Below are positions 11,875-22,899 of a stretch of DNA of 64,000 nucleotides, piece by piece. The position numbers and the translations under genes were made by a program. Positions within the stretch are counted from its first letter, which is position 1. Each line of letters starts with the position of its first letter. The notes under the pieces are model-generated. The model had not been told where the DNA came from, did not search any database, and worked only from the letters and a program-made list of their open reading frames with translations. Location of the stretch: the NCBI GenBank assembly GCA_036172245.1, contig JAYWIR010000017.1, forward strand, positions 2,604,001-2,668,000. Direction: 5' to 3'. This DNA is from Raillietiella orientalis. Its lineage: Eukaryota.

Positions 11875-14427
11875 CGTTCGCGCAACCGTCTCCCTCTTCC
11901 TCCTCTCGTCCCTCCGCGGATATTGCAGCGCAGGAGGGGGAACGGGCGGTGGCGCAGACACACCCGCCGAAGAAACGCCGGGAGAAAAGGAAAGGAAAGG
12001 GAGGGCGGGGTTACCGCAGGGGTGGACACCCCCGACCCTCATCGAGGTCCTCGGACTTTCGAGGACCCATCCGCGGTCCGATGACAAGCGCCACGAAGAG
12101 GGGGAAGAGATAACAACCTACTTCTGGAAAGTTCCGGGAAGCCTCCGAACTCATCGGCGGGCTGTCCGTCCTTCCCGAGCCTTGTCTGACCCCAAGCACG
12201 CCAGGTCGCGACTCTTCCGCTAGGTCTATGACTTTCCCCGGGCCGAACTCTGTACGCGAGCGCCGCTGGGCGAAGACGAGGCGGCCCCAGCCGGAAAGAG
12301 GGCAGGAGGGAAACCCCACACTAGAGGAGCGGAGTCCGTCGGCGATGGCCAGGCGGAAAGGAGGGAGGTATCGCGTCTTCCCTGCTGCCTCCTCCGCGGA
12401 ACGGTCGTCCGACCGCGGAGCGTGCGGCGGGCGCTACTAGAGGCTTCTTCTTCCCGGCTGTTTCTCTCGCGCTGCTCTTCGACGGGCAGTCTCAGGTCTT
12501 TATGGGGAAGGGGGGATGCTTCCTCCAACTGGCCATCGCAAGCACTGCCTAAGCTGCGGTGTGGAGGGCACCACCGACACGACCTGTAACGGAATCTCGA
12601 AGGCGTACGCCCGCGGAACTGCGAGGATCGACCGGAGGAGCAACAGCACCTCCGCGTGGCTTGCAAAGCGAGCGAGTCCGAGCTCTATGGGAACACTTCG
12701 TCGATGTCGGCGGAGGCGGTGGTTGGCGTTGTTGCTGCTGCCGCCGCACCGAACGTTCCCCTCTTTCTCCCTTTCTTTCCTTCTGTTTTTTTCTTTTTCG
12801 TTCTTCTCGCGCTGACGCCGATTAGCGGGAGCTCACCCGGAAGCAGCGGGCGATCTCCATGAAGCCATCCCGTCCGGTGTGCCGTGGAAATACGCGCGTT
12901 CCCTCCCCCAAGAAAGCCCTTGGTAAGCGCCGGTCTCCAACGTGGAGGCGAGCCGCAGCCCAAACATTCCGCGAACATGCCCCGAGGGCACACCCAGCTC
13001 TCTCTTTCTCTCTTCCTCGCGGCGGGGCGCGACGCGTCCGGAATGAATCGCGCGCGGGTGCGATGGCTCCGCCGCCGCAAATTGGGGTCGCCTGCTAATC
13101 GCCTCCGCGACCCCGTGCAGACGGGCTGGGCCGCGTTGGACGCGGGGCCCTTCATTAGGACGACTCTGCCTGCGCGCCTTTCCGTTCTTCGCCGGTGGCG
13201 AAGCGCGAGATCTCGAGGCGATCTCCGCAGAGTAATGAAGGGCTTCGAGGAAACTCACCTCTCCCCCCTCTCTCCTCCTCCCTTTCCCTCCCTCCTCACG
13301 CACGCACCCTTCACCCGGGAGGAATGAACCTCTCTCTGGCGTCTTCACCGTCAGTCGGTGAAAGCATCGCACGCCACGCATCATCCTACTGCCATGAAGA
13401 CAGGGCCAGCCGTCCACGGGGAGGAATGACGGACGGAGAAGATCCACCATGACCGGATGGAGAGTTCCTGTCCAGCGTTCGCTTCCTGTCCACTTGCTGG
13501 CTCATGCCCGTGAAGGAACGGGCGCTTTAAGGGAGGTGCGTGGGAGTGTCTCGCCTAGGGAGGACGAAGGAAAGAGAAAGAGCCTCCCCTTGCCCTTCTT
13601 CCTCCCACCTTGGAGAAGGCTCCCTCTGGACCCAAAGGTCCCCCCCCGCGGACCCTCCTCCTCCTCTTCATCCCTTTCTCCTCCTCCTTGTCCTTCTCCC
13701 TTGCTCATCCTCCCTTCCTCCTCCTCCTCTTCCATGCCGTGGCACCTCCGCCTCCTAAAGTAAGCGCCGGAGTACGCGCTCGCTGAAGAGCGAAAGGAGG
13801 CGGCTCTTCAGGAGGAATAGGCGCCCGGCAAATTTAGAACCTCCGAGACACGAGATGGACCACCTTCCACCACGAGATGGAGGGTTTCTCGTCAGTTCTT
13901 CACCGTAGAGTCATACAACCACGAAGCGGAGAAGCCACCACCACCTTCGCCATCTCCATGGGCACCGTTCGCCTGGATTCGGAGGAGACTCACAAGGGGT
14001 GTGCTTCGTCTGCTTCTCACGTTGGTCTCGGACCCTCTTCCTCACGCGCTGACAGCCGGGACAGCACGCCGCCGCTCTTCGCATGCCGCTGCTTACCCGT
14101 CACAGGCACCGACAGCATCCCTGCTTAGGCGGGACGAGGAGGGGGAGTTCCCGGCGAGGAGCAGCCGCCTCGGTTCACTCATTGGTCTGGAGGGACGCTG
14201 GAGCGCCTCGGAAGCAGCGACCGTCGCCAGTCACCCCCCTTTCTCTGACTCTCCGGGACTGAGCCTCTCAGGCAGACATGTCCGGGGTGCTCAGCGTGGA
14301 CTCCTCGACGGCAGGCGACGCTGCGCGCCTTCCTTCCTCCCAGGAGAGTCTCCTGACCTACAGATTCCCTCAATTCCCCGGGAAAAGTTCGCCTTCCTGA
14401 GAGCCGAGGGATTGATTGGTGGGATCA

Positions 14428-14641
14428 GTGAATAACTCGAGGCGACCACGGCAACCCCTGACGCGCGGCGCCTCTCTCGTCTCCTCGCGCCCCCTCTCTC
14501 TCCTCGGAGAAGAAAAATCTCCTCCGGACGCTCCCATCCTCCTTTCCTGCGATCATACGGCCCTCGTGGCTGCCCGCTCTCACCCACGGGAGTGCGTGTG
14601 CGTGTGCGACGCGCTGGAAGATCTCGCGTGGATGGGACAGG
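14428..14641 (+). repeat. 214-bp direct repeat, copy 2
   Basis: Identical by eye to 11661-11874. Confidence 0.95.
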
Positions 14642-14849
14642 TGGGATCTCCCCCCCTGGTAGAATCTTCCCGGAGTTCCCGGTGGCAGGGGAGTGGCGGA
14701 TTCCTGTTCGTGCGCCGCAGCGCTTGGGAGCAGCGCGGTGGCCCCATTCGCGGTTCCCGTGGAGAGAGGGCCCACCTTTTGCCTCCGCGCCTCGTTTTCC
14801 TGCCTTCTGAGAGCCCGAGGGGTTTTCCCGCCCGCTCGCATCTTTCGCT

Positions 14850-15500
14850 CACCGCTGGAAGCCACGACAACGCACTCGCTCCTGGCGCGACCCTTTCGGG
14901 GCAGATCTGACCGCTCAAGAGTTCCCAAGAGTTTGGGTCAAGAGTTTGGCATTTGGGGCGGCGTCTTCTTCCCGACGGCACGCCTTGGCTTCGTTCCTGG
15001 GTCCCAAGCTCGCAGAGAAGATGCAATTGCCAAGAACTCACTCACTCCTACGCGCCCTCAGGGCACTGCCGTGCTCCTTGAAAAGAGGCGGATGCTGCTG
15101 AGCAGATCTTTGTTCGTGGGTCTGTGCGCGTCCCGGACCCAAGAGGAGAAGTCCGGGAGCCGCTCCCGAGCAGGAGAGCCATGCAGTCATCCCAGGGTTC
15201 GAGTAGGGTAGCAGGCGAGAGCCGAAGGAGTCGCCTGCGGGCAGAGGGCGTCAGCTCGTTCGTCGGGGGAAATTCCTCGGGATGTTGCATGACCTGGGCA
15301 GGTTCTCTTGGAAGCTCCTGCATCACCGGCCTCTCCAAGAGGGCTCTCCCTCGCGCGGGAACCAACCCGCAGGAGATCCTCGGTGGCACCCATCGGATTG
15401 TCTTGAGCTCGTGCTGCCGGCAATTTGGCAGCGACCGCTGCTGGCCGTCTTCGTCCCCGCGTGTCCTCTCTCAGAGATCAGCAGGGCGGGACTCCGTAGG
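14850..15500 (-). mobile_element. L1-like relic, ORF2 C-terminal zinc-finger region
   Basis: HPEEFPPTNEL (~HxxLPTxxRL) followed by WQLHLLCEL (~ETxxHLFxxC); degenerate. Confidence 0.35.
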
Positions 15501-17329
15501 CGAACTCAGGATCCGGACCAGCACTGAGGGGCTCGCACTCAGCACCCCTATCCGTTCCGCTTCTTCCCCCGCTTCCCCCCCTACCTCATTCACCGAGGTC
15601 GTGCAGGCCGCCTGCTGCTGCCACCGCGGCGGACGGTCCAGAAAAAAAGCGCCTCAGCCCCGTTCAGCGTCTCCTGTCTTGGATGGGAAAAAGCATTCCT
15701 CCCACGTGAGAGGCGCGGACGACGGATGCCGCCGCTCCTGATGACGGCGACTGCTGTCCGTGTCCCCGACGCGGAAGTGCGATTCCAGTCGGGCTGATTT
15801 CTTGGGCAGCCCCGTCGTCCCCGGAATATGCCCGCCCACCGAGTCTGACTTCCCCGTACGGAGCATCTCCTTCAGAGCGGGAGGAACCGCTCGCAGATCA
15901 GGGAGCTTCGGGAAACTTCGGGAAAACCGAAACGTCCCGCGTGAAGCGTTTGGAGCGACCGAATACTCTTCCCGTGTTCCCGCCCCTGGCGACTCCTCAG
16001 AGATGAAGACAGGTCCCATCCCCTCCTCATCATCATCCTCGTCTTCCTCCTCCCTTCCTCCTCTTCTTCCTCCTCTTCCTCCTTCTCTCCTCCTCCTCCT
16101 CTTGTTCACCGCGGCCACCGTCGCCGAGGCAACGCGGAGGAGGCGCTTCGCTCCAGCTTTCCCCATTCCCTCAGGGACAGGCGGGACCCGCGCGCCTGCA
16201 ACGAGACACAGCCTGCCTGGGGGGTCGCAGCTGAGGTCGCCACGCGGTCGGCAGAAGCGCGCACATGCCCTCCAGGGCCCTCCCCCGAGGTGCCGGAGCC
16301 GCTGGCTACGGAGGCTGCCCTCGGGCCCGGGATCGCGGGCGCTGGCGTCGGGGACTCACTGGTTCCCAAGGCGACAACGACCACGCGCATCCCTCTCCCG
16401 GAAGAGGTAAGGGAAGGACTTTTCCTAGATCGGGAAGCAACGTCGAGGGATCTCAGAGGATCGACGACCGCGCGCGCGCTCCGGGATTGCCTCACTCATC
16501 CCCCTTCAGTCCCTCTATCCCTAGTCCGCATTTTTCCTCGCCCTTCGCTGCCCCGCGCCCCGCCCGCACGAAATACCCCACAAGCTCCATCCCTGGGGCT
16601 CGATGCACGCGCAACCTTCCACTCCCCTTGGCCGCGAGCGCGCGCAGTCATTCCGGTCCGGAACGCCTGGACAAGGGGGATGGTGGGCGTCGCCATCCCC
16701 CCTGGGGCAGGGGGAGTCCTTTGGGCCACGAGAAGGGGAGGCTGACCGGAGCTCCGCGCGCCATGTGGAGGAGGGTTGCTCGCCTCCCCTCTCCGCCCCC
16801 TGGAGCGAAGGACACCAGGCTCGCGCCAGGTGCGATGGGGCGGTCCGGGGGGGAGGACCTCATCACGGTCCAACTCGCGGGCCGGAAGCCTCGGACAGAC
16901 CCCGCCGCCTCCTTCAGACAGAGGCCGCTGCCTCCGAGCGAAGTAGGAGGCCAGGTCCCCGCCGCCCTGAGAGAGCAGAGAGTGTTTCGAGCCTTGCGGG
17001 GGGGCTCAGGAGCGACCGACTCCCTTTCCCTGTGCGAAGAGCGCCTACTGGAGGAGGGAGGGTCACCGGGAGGTGTTGGTGGCGGCTCCCTTAGGCGCGC
17101 TGTCGAAGAGCCGCACCCGGAAGGGAGGAGATCCAAGCCCGGCTCCGGAGGCCTCCCGTAGCTCGTACCGCGCAGACCGGGGGCGCCAGCGGATTCCCCG
17201 AAAGGGCCCGTATGCCTCCCTTCGTGCCCTCGCCACAGTCCCCTGGCCCCTCCCGATAGCAGAGACGACTGGTGACGTCATGCAAGGCGGCCTCCGCCGC
17301 TCGTTCTTTTTTTCTCTTCAGGGGGCGAA

Positions 17330-17995
17330 TTAGCGGACTCCGGGGCCGAAGGGAAGGTCCTCGGGGCCCAGAACCATCACCTCCACCACGCGGTTGGCCT
17401 TGTCCGGGACGAGGTTCAGCTGCGGTGGCTGGTCCAGGAAACGGTGGACGCGGGGCGCCTCGGCGCTGCCGCAGGGCTCCTCCGCCGCCCGGGATAGGCC
17501 GCGGGCGCCCGGGTGGCGGGTAGGAGGCGCCCTCGAAGGGATACACGCGCAGGAGGAAGAGGGGCTGAAGCTCCGCGGCTCCTCCTCCTCTGCGGGGTCC
17601 GCGCGATCCGGATGCTGCGGGCGACCGCCCTGCAGCATGGCCGCCAGCGTCGCGATGTACCTCATCGCCATGCGCAGGGTCGTGATCTTGGTGACCTTGC
17701 AGTCGTCCCCCGAGGAGGCAGGAGGCGCCGGGACGCCCGGGATCATCAGGCGCAGCGCCTCGAACGCCCGGTTGATCTCCAGCATCCGCCGCCGCTCCCG
17801 CGCGTTCGCCGACTTCCGCCGGTACTTGCTGAGGGCGGGGGCTTTGGGGCGGGGCCTCCCCGCGCGGGAGCCGCTCTCCCGCGGCTCCGAGGAGGGTCGG
17901 GTCCGGCCCGGGCGCGGGCGCAGCTCGTATTTGCCTCCCCCGGCGCCGCAGTGCTCGCGGGGCGGGTCGCGGGCGGGCTGCTCGACGTCCGCCAT
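17330..17995 (-). CDS. dei: Delilah/Taxi-family (atonal superfamily) bHLH transcription factor, 221 aa, apparently a single coding exon
   Basis: Intact ORF with basic-helix1 LSKYRRKSANARERRRMLEINRAFEALRLMIP and helix2 KVTKITTLRMAMRYIATLAAML (about aa 55-120). The SKYRRKxANARER and KxTKITTLRxAM signatures are those of the Delilah/Taxi family. Start context is gcaATGG, and there is an in-frame stop at about 18280 with no intervening ATG. The C-terminus is unverified. Confidence 0.88.
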   Translation of the reverse strand: MADVEQPARDPPREHCGAGGGKYELRPRPGRTRPSSEPRESGSRAGRPRPKAPALSKYRRKSANARERRRMLEINRAFEALRLMIPGVPAPPASSGDDCKVTKITTLRMAMRYIATLAAMLQGGRPQHPDRADPAEEEEPRSFSPSSSCACIPSRAPPTRHPGARGLSRAAEEPCGSAEAPRVHRFLDQPPQLNLVPDKANRVVEVMVLGPEDLPFGPGVR

Positions 17996-18099
17996 TGCCG
18001 TCTGCGACGCTGCTGCTGCTGCTGTGTCTGCTGCATCTGCTGCTCCTGGCGGCGGGGACGGTGGGGGAGGAGGGAGGGGGCCGGCGGCCCACTCCGCTC

Positions 18100-18275
18100 T
18101 GAAAGAGGCGCGCCGTGGGTGGAGGGCCGGAAGCCTCCGGGGGTTGCCCGCCCGTCCTCCCGCCCCCTCTTGGTGGGGGGAAGGAGCGGCCGAGCGTCGC
18201 GAACCCCCGCGCGGATCGGCGCCCGGAAGCCCGCCGGAAGGGCCTCCGGGAAGACAAGAAGGCCAAAGGGCTTAC
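18100..18275 (-). other. Putative 5'UTR intron of the bHLH gene
   Basis: Minus-strand donor AG|GTAAG at about 18275 and acceptor ctctttCAG| ending at about 18100. An in-frame TGA lies just before the donor, so the upstream exon would be non-coding. Prediction only. Confidence 0.35.
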
Positions 18276-19699
18276 CTCTCAAGAGAAGGAGGGGGAGGCG
18301 TCGCCAGGAGCTCGCGCTCCCGCGTGCCCCATGGGGCCGCGGGCGCCTTCCTCGCCGAAAGACCTCCTACCGTGCTGCGCCTTCCGGCGGAGGGGTCGCT
18401 GCTGCTGCTGCTGCTGAAGCGCCGCTAAACGTCATGAGCCACTCGGGGGGTCCGCGGGGGGGAGCTCCGATCCCGGGGCGTCTTCTCCGGGGTAGAGGGA
18501 GGGAGGACAGGGGGAGGCGCTTCCTCTTTCCTTCTTCCTCCCTAGGCAGTCCACTCCACTCGCATCCTTCGCGCACGAGCGCGTGGACCGAGACGGGCGG
18601 GTGGGCGGTCGTCGAGCGGGCGAGGACGGCCGGCGCGGGATTGCGGCCTTCGCGCGCGGCCGCGGCCGCCTTATGGACTGCGGGCGCCCCGGGCGAGAGT
18701 GACCGCCGCCGCTGCCATTGAGCGGCATCCCCTCCTCCTCCTCCTCTTCCTACCAATTTTTCATCACACGCGCGCGCGCATGGACCGCGTCTTCTCCTCC
18801 TCCTCCTTTTCCTCCTCCCCCACGTTTTTTCCTTTCTCCCCTTCCCTCGCCTCACCCGTCCTCGGAGGGGGAGGCGAGGGGAAGAAGGAAAGTGGTCAGC
18901 CCTCTTCGAGACTGCCTCCTCCCTTTCCTCCTCCCTCCTCAGCAGCGCTTCCGTGCCTCAGGAGAGCGGGGCCTCGTTTGGAGCTCCCAGGGTCCATCAA
19001 GGAGGAGACAGGGAGACGAGGAGGGATGAGGAGAAAACCTTCCTTCCTTTTTCTTTCTTTCCTTTCGTCCCTACCCTTTTTCTTGCCTCCTCTTCACCCC
19101 GCCCGCCCTACCCTCTCCCGCACCTCCCGACGGAAGCGCGCAGGGCACTCAGCCCCTTCCCTCCCGCTCCGTGACTTCTCGGGAATCCCGGAGGGCAAGC
19201 GTGTCTCGTGCCATGGGCTCTGAGCTCGCTGCCTGGCGCGCGCGAGAGCCGCCGCCGCCGCCGAGGGTAGCGGTGGGAGGCCGTGGGAATCCCAGAGACG
19301 GAAAGGCGACCCCTTTCGCCCACCGCGCGAGGCGGACGCGCGTCCAGCAGTTACGGGCAGGACGTGCCGCCGCCACTGAAAGGGCCGACACTACCCTGGA
19401 TGATGGCTGACAGGGTGGCCATCCCCAGGGTGATGGTCAAATCCCCCGAGGAGGAAGAGGGGGATCGTTGTGAAGGCAACCGTCCCCCTTTTCCTTCACT
19501 TCGGGGCGCCCGGGACGCTGACCCGGAAGGACACGGGAAGCCGAGGGAGCACCTCGGAAGCTCCTGGCGTCTCGGGAGGAAAATGGCAGCGTTAGGGCAC
19601 CCACCGTCTTCCTACGCGCTCCCTGGACAACGAGACATCTTGCTTCTTCCGTGACTTCATCCTCTAGCATGGGTCCGCGCGGACTACCAGCCGGTCCAC

Positions 19700-21880
19700 A
19701 GGAGACGTTCGTCGCTGCGCCGCCCCGTGGAGCCCTCAAAGAACTGGCTGGCTGCCCCTGGCCTCCCGTTGCCTGAAAGACGCTTTGGGAACGTCTCAGA
19801 CTGGCACAGGGTCACAACTCAGCCTTGTCTTCGATAGAGAGACAGAGGGAAGCAGCTTGAGGCACAGTTATCGTTCCGGCAAGGGCGCCTCCGCCGAGCA
19901 GGTCAAAACGCGGGGAAATATTGCCTCGACCAAAGGGCGTAATGCAGGTGCGCCAGAGGAAGGAGACGGAAGAGAGGGTGGGGGGAGCGGTGTATCCCTG
20001 CGGTTATCACCACCACGACGGGCCGCAGGAGGGATTTGAACGGAACTCGTGAGCAAGAAATCGGCACGCGACCCCAAAGGGTAGGCGAGGAAGAAAAGGG
20101 CAGCGGCCCGACTGCCTCAGCTCCAGTTGGAAAGGCGTTGTTCAGGCATTCGCCGGGAAGATGAATGCGCCAGGGGGAAGGAAAGATGCTAGCCGGAAGG
20201 AGCAGGAGCGTGGGCGCAGTTTCCGGAGCGGTGGAGCAGCACCAGTAGCAGCAGCGCGCTCAGCTCAAGACACCCCTCATTATCATCATCATTATCTTTT
20301 TCCTTTCCACCATCGTCGTCACGATGCCCAGTTGTCATGGGCGGCAGCGCTAGCGAAGAAGAAAAAAAGAGATGGAGCCGCCGGCTTCAGCTCAGAGAAG
20401 CTGCGCGCCGTCTAGTTGATCTTCCGTGCGTGTCCGGAGAGGCGTTCCGTGCCTCTCATGTGGACGAGCTGAGGAGGCAGAAAGGTGGAAGGGAGGGGCT
20501 TGAACTGCGAGGTCCAGCGTCACCTAGAGACTGCGCCGCCTCCGACGAGCCTCGGCAGCCGCTTGGTGGCAGTGGCAGCGGCATCGCCGCTTTGCTCGTG
20601 ACTGGAGAAGACGAGACGATGGCTCGCGTTTGCAAGGAGGAGGCCACCCAGGGGGTGGCAGTTTTCAGAATGACTAGGACTGCCGTCCGAAAACACCTGG
20701 CGTCCCGGACACAGATCGGGAAACAAACGGCCTTACGTGCTTGCCCGGGGGCATCCCTTGCGGCGGCAGCGACTGCACGGCACCGTCGGAAGCTCCTCTG
20801 AGAGGACGGAACGGTGTCACGCGTGTGACGTGCGGAAGCGTTCCCCCCAGAGTGGGGACTGCCGTCGCACAGGCAGGGGAAAGGGGTGTTCGATTCGGGA
20901 TCCAAAGTGGGAATGGATTGTTCACGGGAGGAGCCAAGTGCCCCGCTCCTGCATGGCATTCACGCAGGGGATTCGCCACAGAGATTCTTGACCCCAAGGG
21001 AAGAGATGAGAGCTCGCTCTTCCCCTGTGTGACCGCATCGGCTTTCAGGGAGTCTTCGTTCCCGTCGAAGAATCCTGCGCTTTTGGCTTCTGCGCCTGCC
21101 GCTGAAGCGCACAGCGCTGCCCGTGTCGAGTTGTCAGGTTGCGTCCCGGCCGAGCTCGAGTCCTGCCCCTGGAGTTTCACTGAAAGCCACCAGGGTCCGG
21201 AATCGTGGTTCCGGATCTCGGGTTGCCACGACAACACCCACACGCTGGATCTACCGTGTTCCTCGGTCTATGCTGTTTGTTTGTTTCTGGTTGTTTCTTT
21301 CTTTGCTTTCTGAACGATCCGCAGATCGAAACCTGGCAACGGATTTGCAACTTTGGAGATAGGATGACAGAGATGGCATTACGCAACCGGGAGACTTCGA
21401 ACACTCTGGTGGATCTCTGCTGCGAATCGTGCAGTATTTGTCAGTGTCTGGCAGTATTGTCTCTCGTTCCCTCAGACTCTGCATGCCCGGCCTCGTTCGG
21501 TTTTTCTTCGCAGAAGAACAGAGAGCTACTGGAAGAAAGTCTGGAAAGCGGGACATGCTCTGCTTTTCTCCCCGACGGTGCAGTGGGTACCCTTGTTCGC
21601 TGTTGTTGGTGTTTGTGTTGCTAGCGACGAAGATGATGATGATGCTCAAGGGACAGACATTTTTTCCTTCTCAATTTGCTGCAATTTTTCCCGTGGCAGC
21701 CTTCCCTTCCCCTCTTTCTGTTGACCCCGTCGTCCGGAGAAGCCAAAAGACTCTGGCTGAGATAACCCCGCTGACCGCAGGCCGGCGGAAACGCGGGGCT
21801 CCGCCCGGAATATCCTTCGAGCAGGGGGGCATTCAACAGGAAAGGCAGGCCTGCAGGCCATTCAGCGTCGTCCTGCGGGG
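19700..21880 (-). mobile_element. L1/Tx1-like LINE relic: ORF1 zinc knuckle and endonuclease
   Basis: EGYSGRSPAFPPACGQRGYLSQS at about 21750-21820 (~YxGQxxxCxxCGxxGH). This is followed by QRVGVVV (~RGVAIL) and DSGPWWLSVKLQGQ...ALCASAAGAEAKSAGFF (~DxxGRxxxV...NVYAPxxxxERxxFF) at about 21080-21260. Confidence 0.6.
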
Positions 21881-21924
21881 AAGTGGGGGACTCGAAACCT
21901 GAGACTCACTTGTTTCTCAGTATT

Positions 21925-22000
21925 GATCCTCCACGTTGGGATTCGAACCCGCGGCGTCTGGTGCCACGTGCGGCGACCGCGGCCACGCGGCCTCCAAAGC
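21925..22000 (-). mobile_element. tRNA-derived SINE-like head or tRNA pseudogene fragment
   Basis: Minus strand carries an A-box-like TGGAGGCCGCGTGG and an exact B box GGTTCGAATCCC (21938-21949) at tRNA-like spacing. No closed cloverleaf. Confidence 0.55.
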
Positions 22001-22010
22001 GGGCAAATAA

Positions 22011-22060
22011 TTTATTCTTCATTTTATTTTATCTTTATTTATTTATTCATTCATTTATTT
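22011..22060 (+). repeat. Degenerate (TTTA)n/(TTCA)n microsatellite
   Basis: tttattcttcattttatttttatctttatttatttattcattcatttattt. Confidence 0.7.
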
Positions 22061-22899
22061 CGGGAGGGGAATGCAGGATTGATTCTGGGGTCGCTGAATG
22101 CACAGGAGCCTCCAAGTTTCAGCATTGTTCCATGTGTTCCAAATGTCCCCATATCTCCCTAACTGCAAGAACACCTTTGGTAGTGATTTTTTTCCGAATA
22201 CACCTGGGTCCTCTGCTGGCGGCCGTGTGACCACGGCGTCCGCGCGAAACACCAAGTGCCTCGGTTCGCATTCCCGTAAAGGGTCGACGCTCAGTTTTGG
22301 ATGCGTCGAAGGTTTCGGGTCTCCGCGTGATGACGCTGGCTCTGGGATGGCTCCACGATTCTGATGTGCACGAGTAGGGAGAGGTCGCTTTTACGGCCGG
22401 ATCAGTTCCGTTTACCTGGAGCCGGAAACCCGGAGTGTATTGTCCGGGGTCCCTTTTCTCCCCTTCGCGCTCATCTCGGGTGAGTGAGAGCATTGAGAGT
22501 CTTCGATGTCCCTACGGGATGATGCAGCGCACTTGGCCAACGGAAGAAGAAAAAAATGGAAAAGCTGGAAGGGCGGACGTGGGAAGCAGCAGCAGAACGT
22601 CATCATCTCTTAATGACCCTAATAGCAGTCGATGGCCACTAAAGTGGTTTGGTTAGTTGCATCAAACGAGCGTCGAGATCCGTAGTGTCAGACTGTGCAA
22701 CCTGTGTCCATCTCGGAAGAGTTCCACTGTCGCATGCTGGAAGTCAGCATCATAAGATGGCATTAAAGTGAGATGTGGATGTTGTTTTATCCGGTTTGAA
22801 TCAAGCTGGTGAGAATGCACGTGATCCAGAGTTGAATATCAAATGTGGGTGGTGTACATCCGTCCAGATACTCCTCGCGACTCATCTCGAAAAGGAGGC

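Noticed and set aside
17091..18721. Long ORFs overlapping the bHLH gene in other frames and on the opposite strand
   Set aside because: Shadow ORFs expected from GC-rich codon usage; no domain features.
21925..22000. Functional tRNA gene
   Set aside because: B box is present but acceptor and anticodon stems do not close; treated as SINE-like.
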